NCBI GenBank assembly: GCA_964578555.1
Contig: CAZODJ010000001.1
Span: 11,661-71,781 of the forward strand
Reading direction: 5' to 3'
Length of the DNA stretch: 60,121 nucleotides
Origin: an uncultured Candidatus Kuenenia sp.
GTDB lineage: Bacteria > Planctomycetota > Planctomycetia > Pirellulales > UBA1268
How positions within the stretch are numbered: position 1 is the first letter of the stretch; every line of letters starts with the position of its first letter. The position numbers and the translations under genes were made by a program. Shown piece after piece: positions 27,612 through 35,977 of the stretch. The notes under the pieces are model-generated. The model searched no databases and was not told the origin of the DNA. It saw only the letters and a list, made by a program, of their open reading frames with translations.

Positions 27612-28265
27612 TCAGGCGAGGCTCGGAATTGGTGTTTTTTGAATCACACAGGCCAATTCGTGCAGGCCCATGGGGTGGTCGAGGCGCTGGGGATCACCCA
27701 GCCACCGCCAGCCGGCGGTTTCGGAAAAGAGACGCTGCATGGCGGACAGATCGCAGCCAAACGGGGGGCCTTCGGGCTTGTCCGTCTGCATGAACAGGGC
27801 GCAGAGGAGTCCGCCGGGGAGGAGCCATTGCCGCAGGCGTGCTTCGTAGGCGTGCCAGAGGGATGGATGCAGCGCACAAAGGCAGGTCTGCTCGTAGATC
27901 GCAGCGAAGGGTTCGGCAGGGGTGAATTCCAGGAGATCGGCCTGCGTGACAACTGCCTCGAGTTGCTTCTCGCGCAGCGTCGTCTGAAGGTTGTGAACGG
28001 CAGCCTCCGCGAAGTCCACGGCCGTCACATCAAACCCTCTCGCGGCCAAGGCCACCACCTCGTGGCCCCGACCGCAACCCGGGATGAGGATGCGACAGGG
28101 TCGCAGGATCTCGGCCTCCAGCCAAATCCCGAGCATCGGGCTGGGGCCACCACGATCCCAGCCCGTCCGGCCTTCGTCGTAGCGGGCTTGCCAGTAGGTG
28201 CTGGTGAGGGCGTCTGTCCGTGCCGGCTCAGCTGGCACGGACGATCGGTTGACCACATCGTCCAT
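27612..28265 (-). CDS. TPMT-family SAM-dependent methyltransferase (thiopurine/halide methyltransferase-like)
   Basis: Starts at the inner ATG at 28265, 1 nt after the lpxB stop. Motifs: WQARYDEGRTGWD and the SAM motif ILIPGCGRGHEVVALAARGFDVTAVD. Confidence 0.7.
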   Translation of the reverse strand: MDDVVNRSSVPAEPARTDALTSTYWQARYDEGRTGWDRGGPSPMLGIWLEAEILRPCRILIPGCGRGHEVVALAARGFDVTAVDFAEAAVHNLQTTLREKQLEAVVTQADLLEFTPAEPFAAIYEQTCLCALHPSLWHAYEARLRQWLLPGGLLCALFMQTDKPEGPPFGCDLSAMQRLFSETAGWRWLGDPQRLDHPMGLHELACVIQKTPIPSLA

Positions 28266-28266
28266 G

Positions 28267-29715
28267 TCACGCCGCCTGGGTAAATGGATCGATCTGCTGT
28301 TCTTTTCCACCAGCGGGTCGACGGCCACCGGCAATCGAAAGCACTGCCGCGGCAGTCCGTTCGGCGGAACCAGGGTGGGCCACACCGCGGGCGATTTCCT
28401 CGAGCCGCGCTACCACGTGATCACGGGCGCGGGAATCGGTGAGCCACTCGATCACGTGGCTGGCGGCAGTGTGGGCCGGATCTGCCACACTGAGATACTC
28501 GGGGAAGGCCATCTCTGGGTCGGCCAGCGGCACACCCGCGGGCGGCCACAGCACCGGTCGCGTCTGCCCGATCGGCGCGCGGCTGGCCAGCAGGTTGACC
28601 AGTGTGATGAAACGGGCCTGCCGAAACCAGCTTTGCACCACATAGGCCAGGCCGCTGATGCGGTAGACAATGACGGTGGGCACGCGGGCCGCCAGCAATT
28701 CCAACGACACCGATCCGCTCACGGCGATCGCCGCACGGGCCTCCGCGATCAGGCTGCGGGTGCGGCCAGCTTCGATCGCAACGTCCAGCCCACCGAGTTC
28801 GCCCTGCATCGCCCCGAGCATCTCGCGAGCCCGCGCGGCATGCCGCTCGTGCAACGCGCCCACCACGAACCGCGCCCCGGGCACACGGCCTCTCACCACA
28901 GCGGCGGCCCGCAGAATCGAAGCGAGATTGCCCTCGATCTCCTGCCCCCGTGAGCCGGGAAGAAGAAGCACGAGCGGACCGGAGACGAAGGCGTCGGCAC
29001 TCGCATCGAGTTCTGCGGCAGCCCGGCGGCTCGCGCCAGCGGCTTCCTGTGAATCATCCTCCCGCAGAAAGCCCCGATCGCGAGCCCAGGGGACAGCACC
29101 AGCGTCGGTTTCCAGACCAGCCTGGTGGTTTGCGCCGGCGGACTGCGAGTGCCCTTCCTCCAGATAGCCCCGGGCGCGAGCCCGGGGGCCGGAAGAGCCA
29201 GGGGATTCACGGCCCACGAACTCGTCGAAGAACGGATGGCCGACCAGCGTGCTCGGGATGCCCTGCGCCGTGAACCAGTCATGCTCGAAGGGAAGCACCG
29301 AGAGCACATGATCCACGAGCCGCCGCATCTTCTTCTTTCGCCAACTCGCCCAGGCCCAGATCTGCGGCGGGCAATAGAAGAGGACCGGGATGCCGTGCCG
29401 CTTGGCTCGCCAGGCAAGCCACCAGTGAAAGCCGGGGAAATCGACCATCACGCAGACGTCAGGGCGAGCGTCGAGGAAACTCCGCTCGGCCCGCCGCGCC
29501 AGGTCAACGAACCGGTGAATATTGAGCAACACCCGGAGAAACCACATGACCGCCAGCTGCGTCATGTCGGCCACGAGCGTGCAGCCTTCAGCCTCCATGC
29601 AGGGCCCACCCAGACCCGCGCACTCCACATCGGGCCGCTGCGACCGGATCGCGCGCACGAGCAGCGCCGCATGATGGTCGCCCGAAGGCTCGCCCGCCGA
29701 AATGAACACGCGCAT
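28267..29715 (-). CDS. lpxB: lipid-A-disaccharide synthase with about 60-aa repeat-derived insertion
   Basis: The N-terminus is MRVFISAGEPSGDHHAALL, with LLLPGSRGQEIEGNL further on. At 482 aa it is longer than the roughly 380 aa usual for this family. The extra segment GPRARARGYLEEGHSQSAGANHQAGLETDAGAVPWARDRGFLREDDSQEAAGASRRAAAELDA is an internal duplication. Confidence 0.85.
   Translation of the reverse strand: MRVFISAGEPSGDHHAALLVRAIRSQRPDVECAGLGGPCMEAEGCTLVADMTQLAVMWFLRVLLNIHRFVDLARRAERSFLDARPDVCVMVDFPGFHWWLAWRAKRHGIPVLFYCPPQIWAWASWRKKKMRRLVDHVLSVLPFEHDWFTAQGIPSTLVGHPFFDEFVGRESPGSSGPRARARGYLEEGHSQSAGANHQAGLETDAGAVPWARDRGFLREDDSQEAAGASRRAAAELDASADAFVSGPLVLLLPGSRGQEIEGNLASILRAAAVVRGRVPGARFVVGALHERHAARAREMLGAMQGELGGLDVAIEAGRTRSLIAEARAAIAVSGSVSLELLAARVPTVIVYRISGLAYVVQSWFRQARFITLVNLLASRAPIGQTRPVLWPPAGVPLADPEMAFPEYLSVADPAHTAASHVIEWLTDSRARDHVVARLEEIARGVAHPGSAERTAAAVLSIAGGRRPAGGKEQQIDPFTQAA
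29039..29190. repeat. two tandem copies (period 96 nt) of a repeat unit with a GC-rich hairpin core, in frame inside lpxB
   Basis: Cores are AGCCCCGATCGCGAGCCCAGGGGAC (29070-29094) and AGCCCCGGGCGCGAGCCCGGGGGC (29166-29189). The second is an 8-bp stem with a GCGA loop and is identical over 24 nt to 30519-30542. The flanks (GCGGCTTCCTGTG.. and GGCGGACTGCGAGTG..) also resemble the intergenic copy. Confidence 0.7.
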
Positions 29716-29812
29716 GAAAATACTCCGCGAAGCCCGCAGGCCCCGCGGAGTATTTCAAGTTCCTTCACATGTCCCTAGCCCACTTTTCCAGGGGCTTCGA
29801 AGGTATCAAGGA

Positions 29813-29891
29813 GGGCGAGCGAACGGCGAACGCTCGACGAGCCTTGGGCGTATCCTCGCCCGGCGAGAAGACTTTTTCCGTTCGCTCGCCC
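29813..29891. repeat. perfect 14-nt inverted repeat (GGGCGAGCGAACGG / CCGTTCGCTCGCCC) with 51-nt spacer, intergenic
   Basis: Read directly: 29813-29826 and 29878-29891. It lies between the stop of the gene at 29908-30348 and the lpxB start. The spacer contains smaller palindromes (CTCGCC-C-GGCGAG). Confidence 0.6.
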
Positions 29892-29907
29892 GGTCCAGGG
29901 TAGTTGG

Positions 29908-30348
29908 CTATTTCGCGGCGGGCGCGAAGCCTTTCTCGACATTCCCAAACACCATGGTCACCCGCTGCTCCGGCGACGCCTTTTCGACCTTGCCCTTGCA
30001 GTTGTTGCAGCAGAAGCCGACCTCGACACCATCGATGTCGACCTCTGTGCCAGCCTTCACAGGCCCGCCGCTGAACGGACAGCCCTTCTGTGTCAGCTGC
30101 CCGGTGCTCACCATCTGCTGGTGGGCCTTGGCGGCAAACTTCGCCGAGTCTGACTCGAACGCTTTTTCACAGTTGCCACAGCAGAAGTAGACCTGCCCGC
30201 CACTAAAGGCGACGTGCTTCTCGGGATTGCAGTTCTTGCCCGACACGGGGCAGGCGGCATCCTTGGGATCCTTGACGGCGGCCGAGACGACCGCGGCCGA
30301 AAAGCAGACGGCCACCAGGGCCGCACAGCGAGCAAGACGCATGTTCAT
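29908..30348 (-). CDS. secreted protein with two YHS/TRASH-like Cys motifs (putative metal-binding)
   Basis: Starts at the inner ATG at 30348 (MNMRLARCAALVAVCFSAAVVSA, signal-like). There are two repeats of CP.SG..(x15-22)..FCC.NC, resembling the YHS pattern CPVCG..YYFCS..C..F. Confidence 0.55.
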   Translation of the reverse strand: MNMRLARCAALVAVCFSAAVVSAAVKDPKDAACPVSGKNCNPEKHVAFSGGQVYFCCGNCEKAFESDSAKFAAKAHQQMVSTGQLTQKGCPFSGGPVKAGTEVDIDGVEVGFCCNNCKGKVEKASPEQRVTMVFGNVEKGFAPAAK

Positions 30349-30393
30349 GGTCAACACCTCCGGACACGTGGGAAGAAAATCAAACGGCTTGAG

Positions 30394-30408
30394 CACATAG
30401 AATATGTG
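30394..30408. promoter_or_regulatory. AT-rich palindrome CACATA-GAA-TATGTG upstream of the YHS-like gene (candidate operator or promoter element)
   Basis: Perfect 6-bp arms, 46-60 nt upstream of the ATG at 30348. It is an unusually AT-rich patch in GC-rich DNA. Confidence 0.3.
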
Positions 30409-30450
30409 AGCGAGGAGGCTCGGGCAACGTTGAATCGCGGGTCAGCCCGC

Positions 30451-30590
30451 CGGCTTGCGCCTGGCGGCTTTATGGGGTAGGCCTCCCGCCTGGCGGCTTC
30501 CTATGCCCTGCCACAGCAAGCCCCGGGCGCGAGCCCGGGGGCTGCGGCGGCTTGATGGGGAAGGCCTCACCTCTTGCGGCTTGCTGTGGG
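30451..30590. repeat. cluster of short direct repeats (GGCGGCTT-type units) around a GC hairpin, intergenic and running into the 3' end of the MFS gene
   Basis: Units: GGCGGCTTTATGGGGTAGGCCTC (30463-30485), GGCGGCTTCCTATGCCCTGCC (30492-), the hairpin core at 30519-30542, GGCGGCTTGATGGGGAAGGCCTC (30546-30568), and GCGGCTTGCTGTGGG (30577-). Confidence 0.65.
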
Positions 30591-31928
30591 ATCGGATCGC
30601 GGCTCGGGGAGGCCGGTCGCCACGACCGCACCGACCATGATGACGGCCGCCCCAGCGACGAACACAGGCGCGAAGCCGATCCCGTCCACCGCCATGCCCA
30701 CGAGCGGTGACAGGATGAAGGGGGCCGCCAACGCCGCCCCCACGATGCTCACATACCGCGGATGCTCGGCCGGCCGCGGTGCCAACTCCAGCGCATAGTT
30801 GGTGAAGATTTTGAGCGAGATCGGATTGAGCCCCAGTGGCAGATAGACCAGCCAGAACAGTTCGACGGCTGTGCCCGGTGCCAGCATCGAGAGCAGGATC
30901 ACGATCGCCGGTGTGAGGCTCGACAGCGCGATCAGCCAGATCAACACGATCCGCGTGCCGCTCCGATCGGCGACCGGCCCTGCCACGAGACTCGCGACAC
31001 CCGTGGCCACGTTCTGGGCGACGACCCACGTCAGCAGGCTGCCGATCTGACTGCCGAGATGATCGCGGGCGAAGGCTTGATAGTGCGGAAAGAGCATGAG
31101 CACCGCCGAAAAGCAGCCGGCGGCGAGACAGAGGCGCACGAGTGACCGGTCCGCCAGAAGTGTTGCACGCCAGGTCGCCTGACACACCGACGAGCCCGAC
31201 TGGAGGTCTCGGTCTCCCGTCGCCCCCGGCTGTCGAGCCTGATGAAGCGGGTCGGCAGGTTCGTCGAACAGGATCGGGATCACCGCCGCCACGCCAAAAA
31301 AGGCGGCTGTCATGCCGAAGATCTTTGGAAACCCGTCGGGTTCAGCAAGCCACGGGCCGAGGAAGAGAATCGCCGCCAGAATGGCGACCACGCTCCCCAC
31401 CACCACGCTCACCAGCATCGCCCGGCCACGGTGGCCGGGGCTGATCAGCTTGCCCTGGAGCGCCGCGACGGTGAGTTGATTGAGCCCGTTCGATGCCGAG
31501 AAGAGGGCGTAGAGCACGAGGAAGAGGCCGGCCAGCAGGCGAGGCTGCCACGACTGCAGGGGGGTCCAGGCGACGGCGAGCAGGGCAAACCACACCGCCA
31601 TGAGAAGCGTTGTGCGGATCAGCGTCCACTTCTTCACCGGCAGCCGCGCAAGACGCCCGGCCGCGAGCAGCGGCGGAACACTCTGCCCACCGCGGTTGAG
31701 TACCGGAAGAAGGCCACGGAGCAGGCCGGAATCGGCCACGGCATCGAGCACGGCCGGCATGATGATGGTCTCTGTCTTGAAGATCCAGCCGACGCGGAGG
31801 ACGACCTGGTAGGTCTCCATCACCAAGGTGTTGCGGGTCTCCCGCCGCAGAGGATCGGCCTCCGTCTCGCCGGCTGCGTTGCAAGCGGTGTCTGCGGGGG
31901 TAGGATGCTGCCTCTGTCCGGCGTTCAT
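30567..31928 (-). CDS. MFS transporter
   Basis: About 12-TM hydrophobic protein. I chose the ATG at 31928 (MNAGQRQH) so it does not overlap the divergent lactonase gene. The ATG at 31967 and the track start at 32099 are alternatives. Confidence 0.7.
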   Translation of the reverse strand: MNAGQRQHPTPADTACNAAGETEADPLRRETRNTLVMETYQVVLRVGWIFKTETIIMPAVLDAVADSGLLRGLLPVLNRGGQSVPPLLAAGRLARLPVKKWTLIRTTLLMAVWFALLAVAWTPLQSWQPRLLAGLFLVLYALFSASNGLNQLTVAALQGKLISPGHRGRAMLVSVVVGSVVAILAAILFLGPWLAEPDGFPKIFGMTAAFFGVAAVIPILFDEPADPLHQARQPGATGDRDLQSGSSVCQATWRATLLADRSLVRLCLAAGCFSAVLMLFPHYQAFARDHLGSQIGSLLTWVVAQNVATGVASLVAGPVADRSGTRIVLIWLIALSSLTPAIVILLSMLAPGTAVELFWLVYLPLGLNPISLKIFTNYALELAPRPAEHPRYVSIVGAALAAPFILSPLVGMAVDGIGFAPVFVAGAAVIMVGAVVATGLPEPRSDPTASRKR

Positions 31929-31953
31929 GGCCCCCGCAGCATGAGGTCTTGAG

Positions 31954-33186
31954 ATGCGTTTTTCCATGAGAATGTGTTCCGTGCGAGAGGTGTGTCGTCT
32001 GGCAACTTTTCTTGCCGTCACCCTGACAGCGGCGGCCATGGTCGCCGTGGCACCGAGTGCCGCGGCTGACACCGCCACGCACTTCGTCTGGTTCGGCACC
32101 TACACCAACGAAAAAACCGGCAGCGAGGGCATCTACGTCTCTCGGTTTGACGCTGCGAGCGGCACGCTCTCCCCGCCCGAATTGGCGGCGGTCGCCAAGA
32201 ACCCTTCGTTCCTCGCTCTCCACCCCACGCTGCCGGTGCTCTACGCCGTCTCCGAGGCACCAGGGCCCGATGGTAAGCCGGCCGGCGCCGTCATGGCGTA
32301 TGCCATCGATGAAGCGGCTGGCCGCCTGACGCTGCTCAATCACCAGTCATCGGGTGGGAGTGGCCCCTGCCATCTGTCGGTGGATCGTTCTGGAAACGTG
32401 GTGGTCGCTGCCAACTACGGCGGCGGTAGCACGATCTGCCTGGGGCTGCGGGCCGACGGAAGTCTCGAGCCGGTTGTCACCGATGCGATGGGTGGCTTCA
32501 TTCAGCATGGCTACGATCGGGCTGGTGAGGCTGGCATCAACACCAGCCGGCAGGAAAAGCCCCATGGCCACTCGGCCGACATCGCCCCCGACGGACGGTT
32601 CGCCTTCGTCTGTGACCTCGGCCTCGACAAGGTGCTCGTCTACGCGCTCGACACCGACCGGGCCACGATTCACCCGCACGGCTCCGCCTCGGTGAAGGCC
32701 GGCGCTGGTCCGCGGCATTTTGCCCTCCACCCGGGGGGCAGGCACGCCTACTGCGTCAACGAGCTCGACCTGACGGTCACGGCCTTCGCTCTCGATCCGC
32801 AGGCCGGCACACTCACTCCCGTCCAGTCGCTCTCCACGCTACCGGAGGGTGTCACCGACCGCACTGGCTTTTCGTGCGCCGAGATCGCCGTGCATCCCTC
32901 GGGGCGATTTCTGTATGCGTCCAATCGGGGCCATGACACGATCGCCGCCTACGGCATCGACGCCGCAACCGGAAAGCTCTCGTTTCAGGCCGCGGTGCCG
33001 GCCCGGGTTCAGACCCCCCGCCACTTCGCCATTGCGCCAGACGGAAGGTATCTGCTCACGGAGGGCCAAAACTCGAATACCGTGGCGATCTTCTCGGTCG
33101 ACCCCACGAGCGGCATGCTAGAATTTTTGGATCGGACGATTGCCGTTCCGGCCCCTGTTTCGGCCGTGTTCCGTCCGCTCCAGTGA
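31954..33186 (+). CDS. lactonase-family 7-bladed beta-propeller protein (6-phosphogluconolactonase-like), secreted
   Basis: It has a signal-like N-terminus. The repeated blades (GSGPCHLSVDRSGNVVVAANYGGGS, HGHSADIAPDGRFAFVCDLGLDKVLVY, GPRHFALHPGGRHAYCVNEL, HPSGRFLYASNRG) are typical of the Pgl/YbhE-type lactonase family. Confidence 0.8.
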   Translation: MRFSMRMCSVREVCRLATFLAVTLTAAAMVAVAPSAAADTATHFVWFGTYTNEKTGSEGIYVSRFDAASGTLSPPELAAVAKNPSFLALHPTLPVLYAVSEAPGPDGKPAGAVMAYAIDEAAGRLTLLNHQSSGGSGPCHLSVDRSGNVVVAANYGGGSTICLGLRADGSLEPVVTDAMGGFIQHGYDRAGEAGINTSRQEKPHGHSADIAPDGRFAFVCDLGLDKVLVYALDTDRATIHPHGSASVKAGAGPRHFALHPGGRHAYCVNELDLTVTAFALDPQAGTLTPVQSLSTLPEGVTDRTGFSCAEIAVHPSGRFLYASNRGHDTIAAYGIDAATGKLSFQAAVPARVQTPRHFAIAPDGRYLLTEGQNSNTVAIFSVDPTSGMLEFLDRTIAVPAPVSAVFRPLQ

Positions 33187-33201
33187 GATCGCCTGCCGCC
33201 G

Positions 33202-33552
33202 ATGATGACCTGCCTGCTCAAGTCGAAGATTCACCGCGCAGCGGTGACGGCCGCCTCGGTCGATTACGAGGGGAGCCTGACGATTGCCGCCGATCTCGCC
33301 GAGCGAGTGGGCCTGCGGGCCTATGAACGGATTCTCGTTGGCAATCTCTCCAACGGCGAACGGTTCGAAACGTATGTCATTTACGGGGCGGCCGGTTCGG
33401 GCGTGATCGAACTCAACGGTGCCACCGCCCACCTCGGCAAGCCGGGCGACCGCCTCACGATCATGTCGTTCACCTGGCTCGACGAGGCGGCAGTGAAAAC
33501 CCACAAGCCCGCGGTCATCGTGCTCGACGAACACAATTCCATTGTTCGATAG
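33202..33552 (+). CDS. panD: aspartate 1-decarboxylase
   Basis: 116 aa. Motifs: LLKSKIHRAAVT, the self-cleavage site VDYEGSLTI, and NGERFETYVI. Confidence 0.9.
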   Translation: MMTCLLKSKIHRAAVTAASVDYEGSLTIAADLAERVGLRAYERILVGNLSNGERFETYVIYGAAGSGVIELNGATAHLGKPGDRLTIMSFTWLDEAAVKTHKPAVIVLDEHNSIVR

Positions 33553-33580
33553 CGACAGCCTGCCCAAGGCGGTCGCTGCA

Positions 33581-34153
33581 TCACCGCACGATCGGTCGCT
33601 TCGCCACAAGCAGTTCCAGATAACTCCGCCGCTCCTGCTCGCCGCAGCCCAGTTCAGTCGCCAGCGACTCGATCACTCCCCGGGCCTGCGGCACCTCCCC
33701 CTGGCGTGCCTGTAGCTCCAACTCGACGAACTCTCCCAAGCCGTCGACCTGGTCGATCGCCACATCGACGTCGCTGCCATGCCAGGGCACACGGGCAGGT
33801 CGCCGCCGCTTGGCCACTTCCATCACCGGCCGGAAGCCGAGCGACTCGAGCAATTCGGTCCAGTCCTGAATCGTCCGACTGCCGGCCGGACCGACTGCTG
33901 CCAACGGCAGTTCAATCTCACGGCGGGTCTTCGTTGCCGAATCGATTCGTGGTCCCTTCCAGGTGATCGCCACGTCCGCCCCGACCCGCCGCAGGCGGAG
34001 GGCCTCGTCGGTCTTGGCAAAATCCCGGCTTGGGTGGGCGAAATACCGATCAATCTGCTCGATCGGTTCGCCGAACCGGGCCGCCAACGCGATGAGCCTT
34101 CGCTCGAGCCCCGCCAGATCACCGGCAGGAAACTTCATCTCGACTTCGTACAC
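33581..34153 (-). CDS. CYTH-domain protein (class IV adenylyl cyclase / triphosphatase family)
   Basis: Chosen start is the GTG at 34153 (VYEVEMKF), which gives the CYTH ExExK signature at the N-terminus. The protein is about 190 aa, the usual size. The track ORF extends further upstream to 34363. Confidence 0.7.
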   Translation of the reverse strand: MYEVEMKFPAGDLAGLERRLIALAARFGEPIEQIDRYFAHPSRDFAKTDEALRLRRVGADVAITWKGPRIDSATKTRREIELPLAAVGPAGSRTIQDWTELLESLGFRPVMEVAKRRRPARVPWHGSDVDVAIDQVDGLGEFVELELQARQGEVPQARGVIESLATELGCGEQERRSYLELLVAKRPIVR

Positions 34154-34206
34154 TTTGGTTCCGCCTTGAGAACGCCACGAGCAGACCACGAAAACCTTGT
34201 CGCACC

Positions 34207-34803
34207 ATGATACCTCGCCTGCATGCCGTCGCCGCCATCGCGTTGTGGCTCCCTGCCCTCCTTCCAGGTCTGGTCCTTGTCGGCTGCAGCGATCGGGCAA
34301 CTCTCCACCCGGCCATCGGTCGCAGCGTCGGGCTGCTGCCGCTTGTTTCGGTGGCCGATCCATCGCGGGCGGCCCCGGAACTCGCCGGCAAGATCACGCT
34401 CTTGAACTTCTGGGCCACCTGGTGCCCCCCCTGCCGTCGCGAACTCCCGGGGCTGGCGCGGTTGGCCAGCCGGCTGGCCAACGAGCCACGGTTTCAACTC
34501 ATCGCCGTCGCCTGCGACGAGCAGGATCCTGCCGAACTTGGACCCTATGTGACCCGCTTCCTCACCGGACAACGGACCGACCTCGACGCCTGGATCGATC
34601 CCGACTCCACCGTGCAGACGCTCTTCGCCGAGCAGTACGGCTTTGGCTCGCTCCCCACGACCTACCTGATCGGTGCCGATGGCCGTGTGCAGCGTGTCTG
34701 GGTGGGCTACCGCAGCCGCGACGAGGCCGAGATGGCACAGACGATTCTGGCGGCGCTCAAGGATGCTGTGCCGGTGCCTCCAGCCGCATCAACTGCTCAA
34801 TGA
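34207..34803 (+). CDS. TlpA-like thiol-disulfide oxidoreductase lipoprotein (thioredoxin fold)
   Basis: Lipobox-like LVLVGCS and the redox motif NFWATWCPPCRRELP. Confidence 0.75.
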   Translation: MIPRLHAVAAIALWLPALLPGLVLVGCSDRATLHPAIGRSVGLLPLVSVADPSRAAPELAGKITLLNFWATWCPPCRRELPGLARLASRLANEPRFQLIAVACDEQDPAELGPYVTRFLTGQRTDLDAWIDPDSTVQTLFAEQYGFGSLPTTYLIGADGRVQRVWVGYRSRDEAEMAQTILAALKDAVPVPPAASTAQ

Positions 34804-35899
34804 AGGCCGCGGCGGCCGCTGCCGGATCGGCGGCCAGCGTCACCGCCGATGCCACGGCGACGCGACGGATCCCGAGCATCGTCAGTTCGGGAAGCCGCTC
34901 GAGCGTGATGCCACCGATCGCAAACGCCGGCAGGCCGATCGTGCCCACCACGCCCCGGAGAAACTCCGGAGCCGCGAAGGCACTGAATCGTTTGGTCGCC
35001 GTCGGAAAACAGGGGCCGATGCCGAGGTAGTCGGCTCCCTCCAACACCGCCGCTTCGGCCTCAGCAAGGGAATGAGCCGTGCGGCCGGAAAGGGCCTGCG
35101 GGCCAACCACGCGGCGGACCAGCGGCAGCGGAAGATCATCAGCACCGGTGTGAACGCCATCGGCGTTGACCGCCGCTGCCACGTCGGCCCGATCGTTGAC
35201 GAGCACGAGCGGCCGCTCTCCGCGCTGGTGGGCATGCCGTCGGGCGATCGCCAGCGCCGCCCGCGCCCGCCCGACGAGCAGTGGCACGGAAAGCGTCTTG
35301 TCACGAAGCTGAATCATCCCGACACCGGCCGCGAAGAGCGACTCGACGAGCGTTGAGAATCGTGCCTCATCCTCCCGGCCATCGACGAGCACACAGAGTC
35401 GGATGCCGGCCAGCCGGTCGGCCGCCCGCGCCGCACCGACCGCCGCCCGCTCGAGCGTGTAGAGCCGGTAGCGAATCCGCTCGAAAGCGCCGGTCGTCTC
35501 GGGAGCGATCAGCGCCGCGCATTCCTCGAGGCTCCGGAGTGCCTGGGCCGCCCGGGCCGCATTGGCCGCCAGCAGGTCAGATGGTGTGGTTCGCCCCAGG
35601 GCCGCTGCCGCCCGGGAACCGGCTCCGACGTCTCCGGCAACATCCCGGAGCGCGATTCGCAGACGGAGATCGCCCTGCATGAGAATCGCGGCAAGGTCGT
35701 GTCGCAGGTCCTTGGCAACCTGCGTCAGAAACGGGTCGTCGAGCAGAAATCGCAGCGTGTCCTCGATCACCCGAACCGCCTCGCCAGCCCGGTTGGCCGA
35801 GGCGTCGAGGGCCCGCCATGCTCCGGCGCTTGCCGCCGGACGGTCGCCCGCGGTGGCCTGTTCTGCACGTTTTGGCGTCGGATTGATCGCTCCGTCCAT
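34757..35899 (-). CDS. thiE: thiamine-phosphate synthase with N-terminal ThiD2-like domain
   Basis: The C-terminal half is ThiE-like (MIQLRDK, LVNDRADVAAAVNADGVHTG, YLGIGPCFPTATK). The N-terminal roughly 150 aa is helical (LDASANRAGEAVRVIEDTLRF). Its 3' end overlaps the TlpA-like gene by 47 nt. Confidence 0.8.
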   Translation of the reverse strand: MDGAINPTPKRAEQATAGDRPAASAGAWRALDASANRAGEAVRVIEDTLRFLLDDPFLTQVAKDLRHDLAAILMQGDLRLRIALRDVAGDVGAGSRAAAALGRTTPSDLLAANAARAAQALRSLEECAALIAPETTGAFERIRYRLYTLERAAVGAARAADRLAGIRLCVLVDGREDEARFSTLVESLFAAGVGMIQLRDKTLSVPLLVGRARAALAIARRHAHQRGERPLVLVNDRADVAAAVNADGVHTGADDLPLPLVRRVVGPQALSGRTAHSLAEAEAAVLEGADYLGIGPCFPTATKRFSAFAAPEFLRGVVGTIGLPAFAIGGITLERLPELTMLGIRRVAVASAVTLAADPAAAAAAFIEQLMRLEAPAQHP

Positions 35900-35977
35900 G
35901 CCCTTGTTGTAGCCGGCAAACGCCTTGGAAAAACGGGGGGCGATCCCTACACTCCCCGCCCCCCGCAGGGATGTCGC

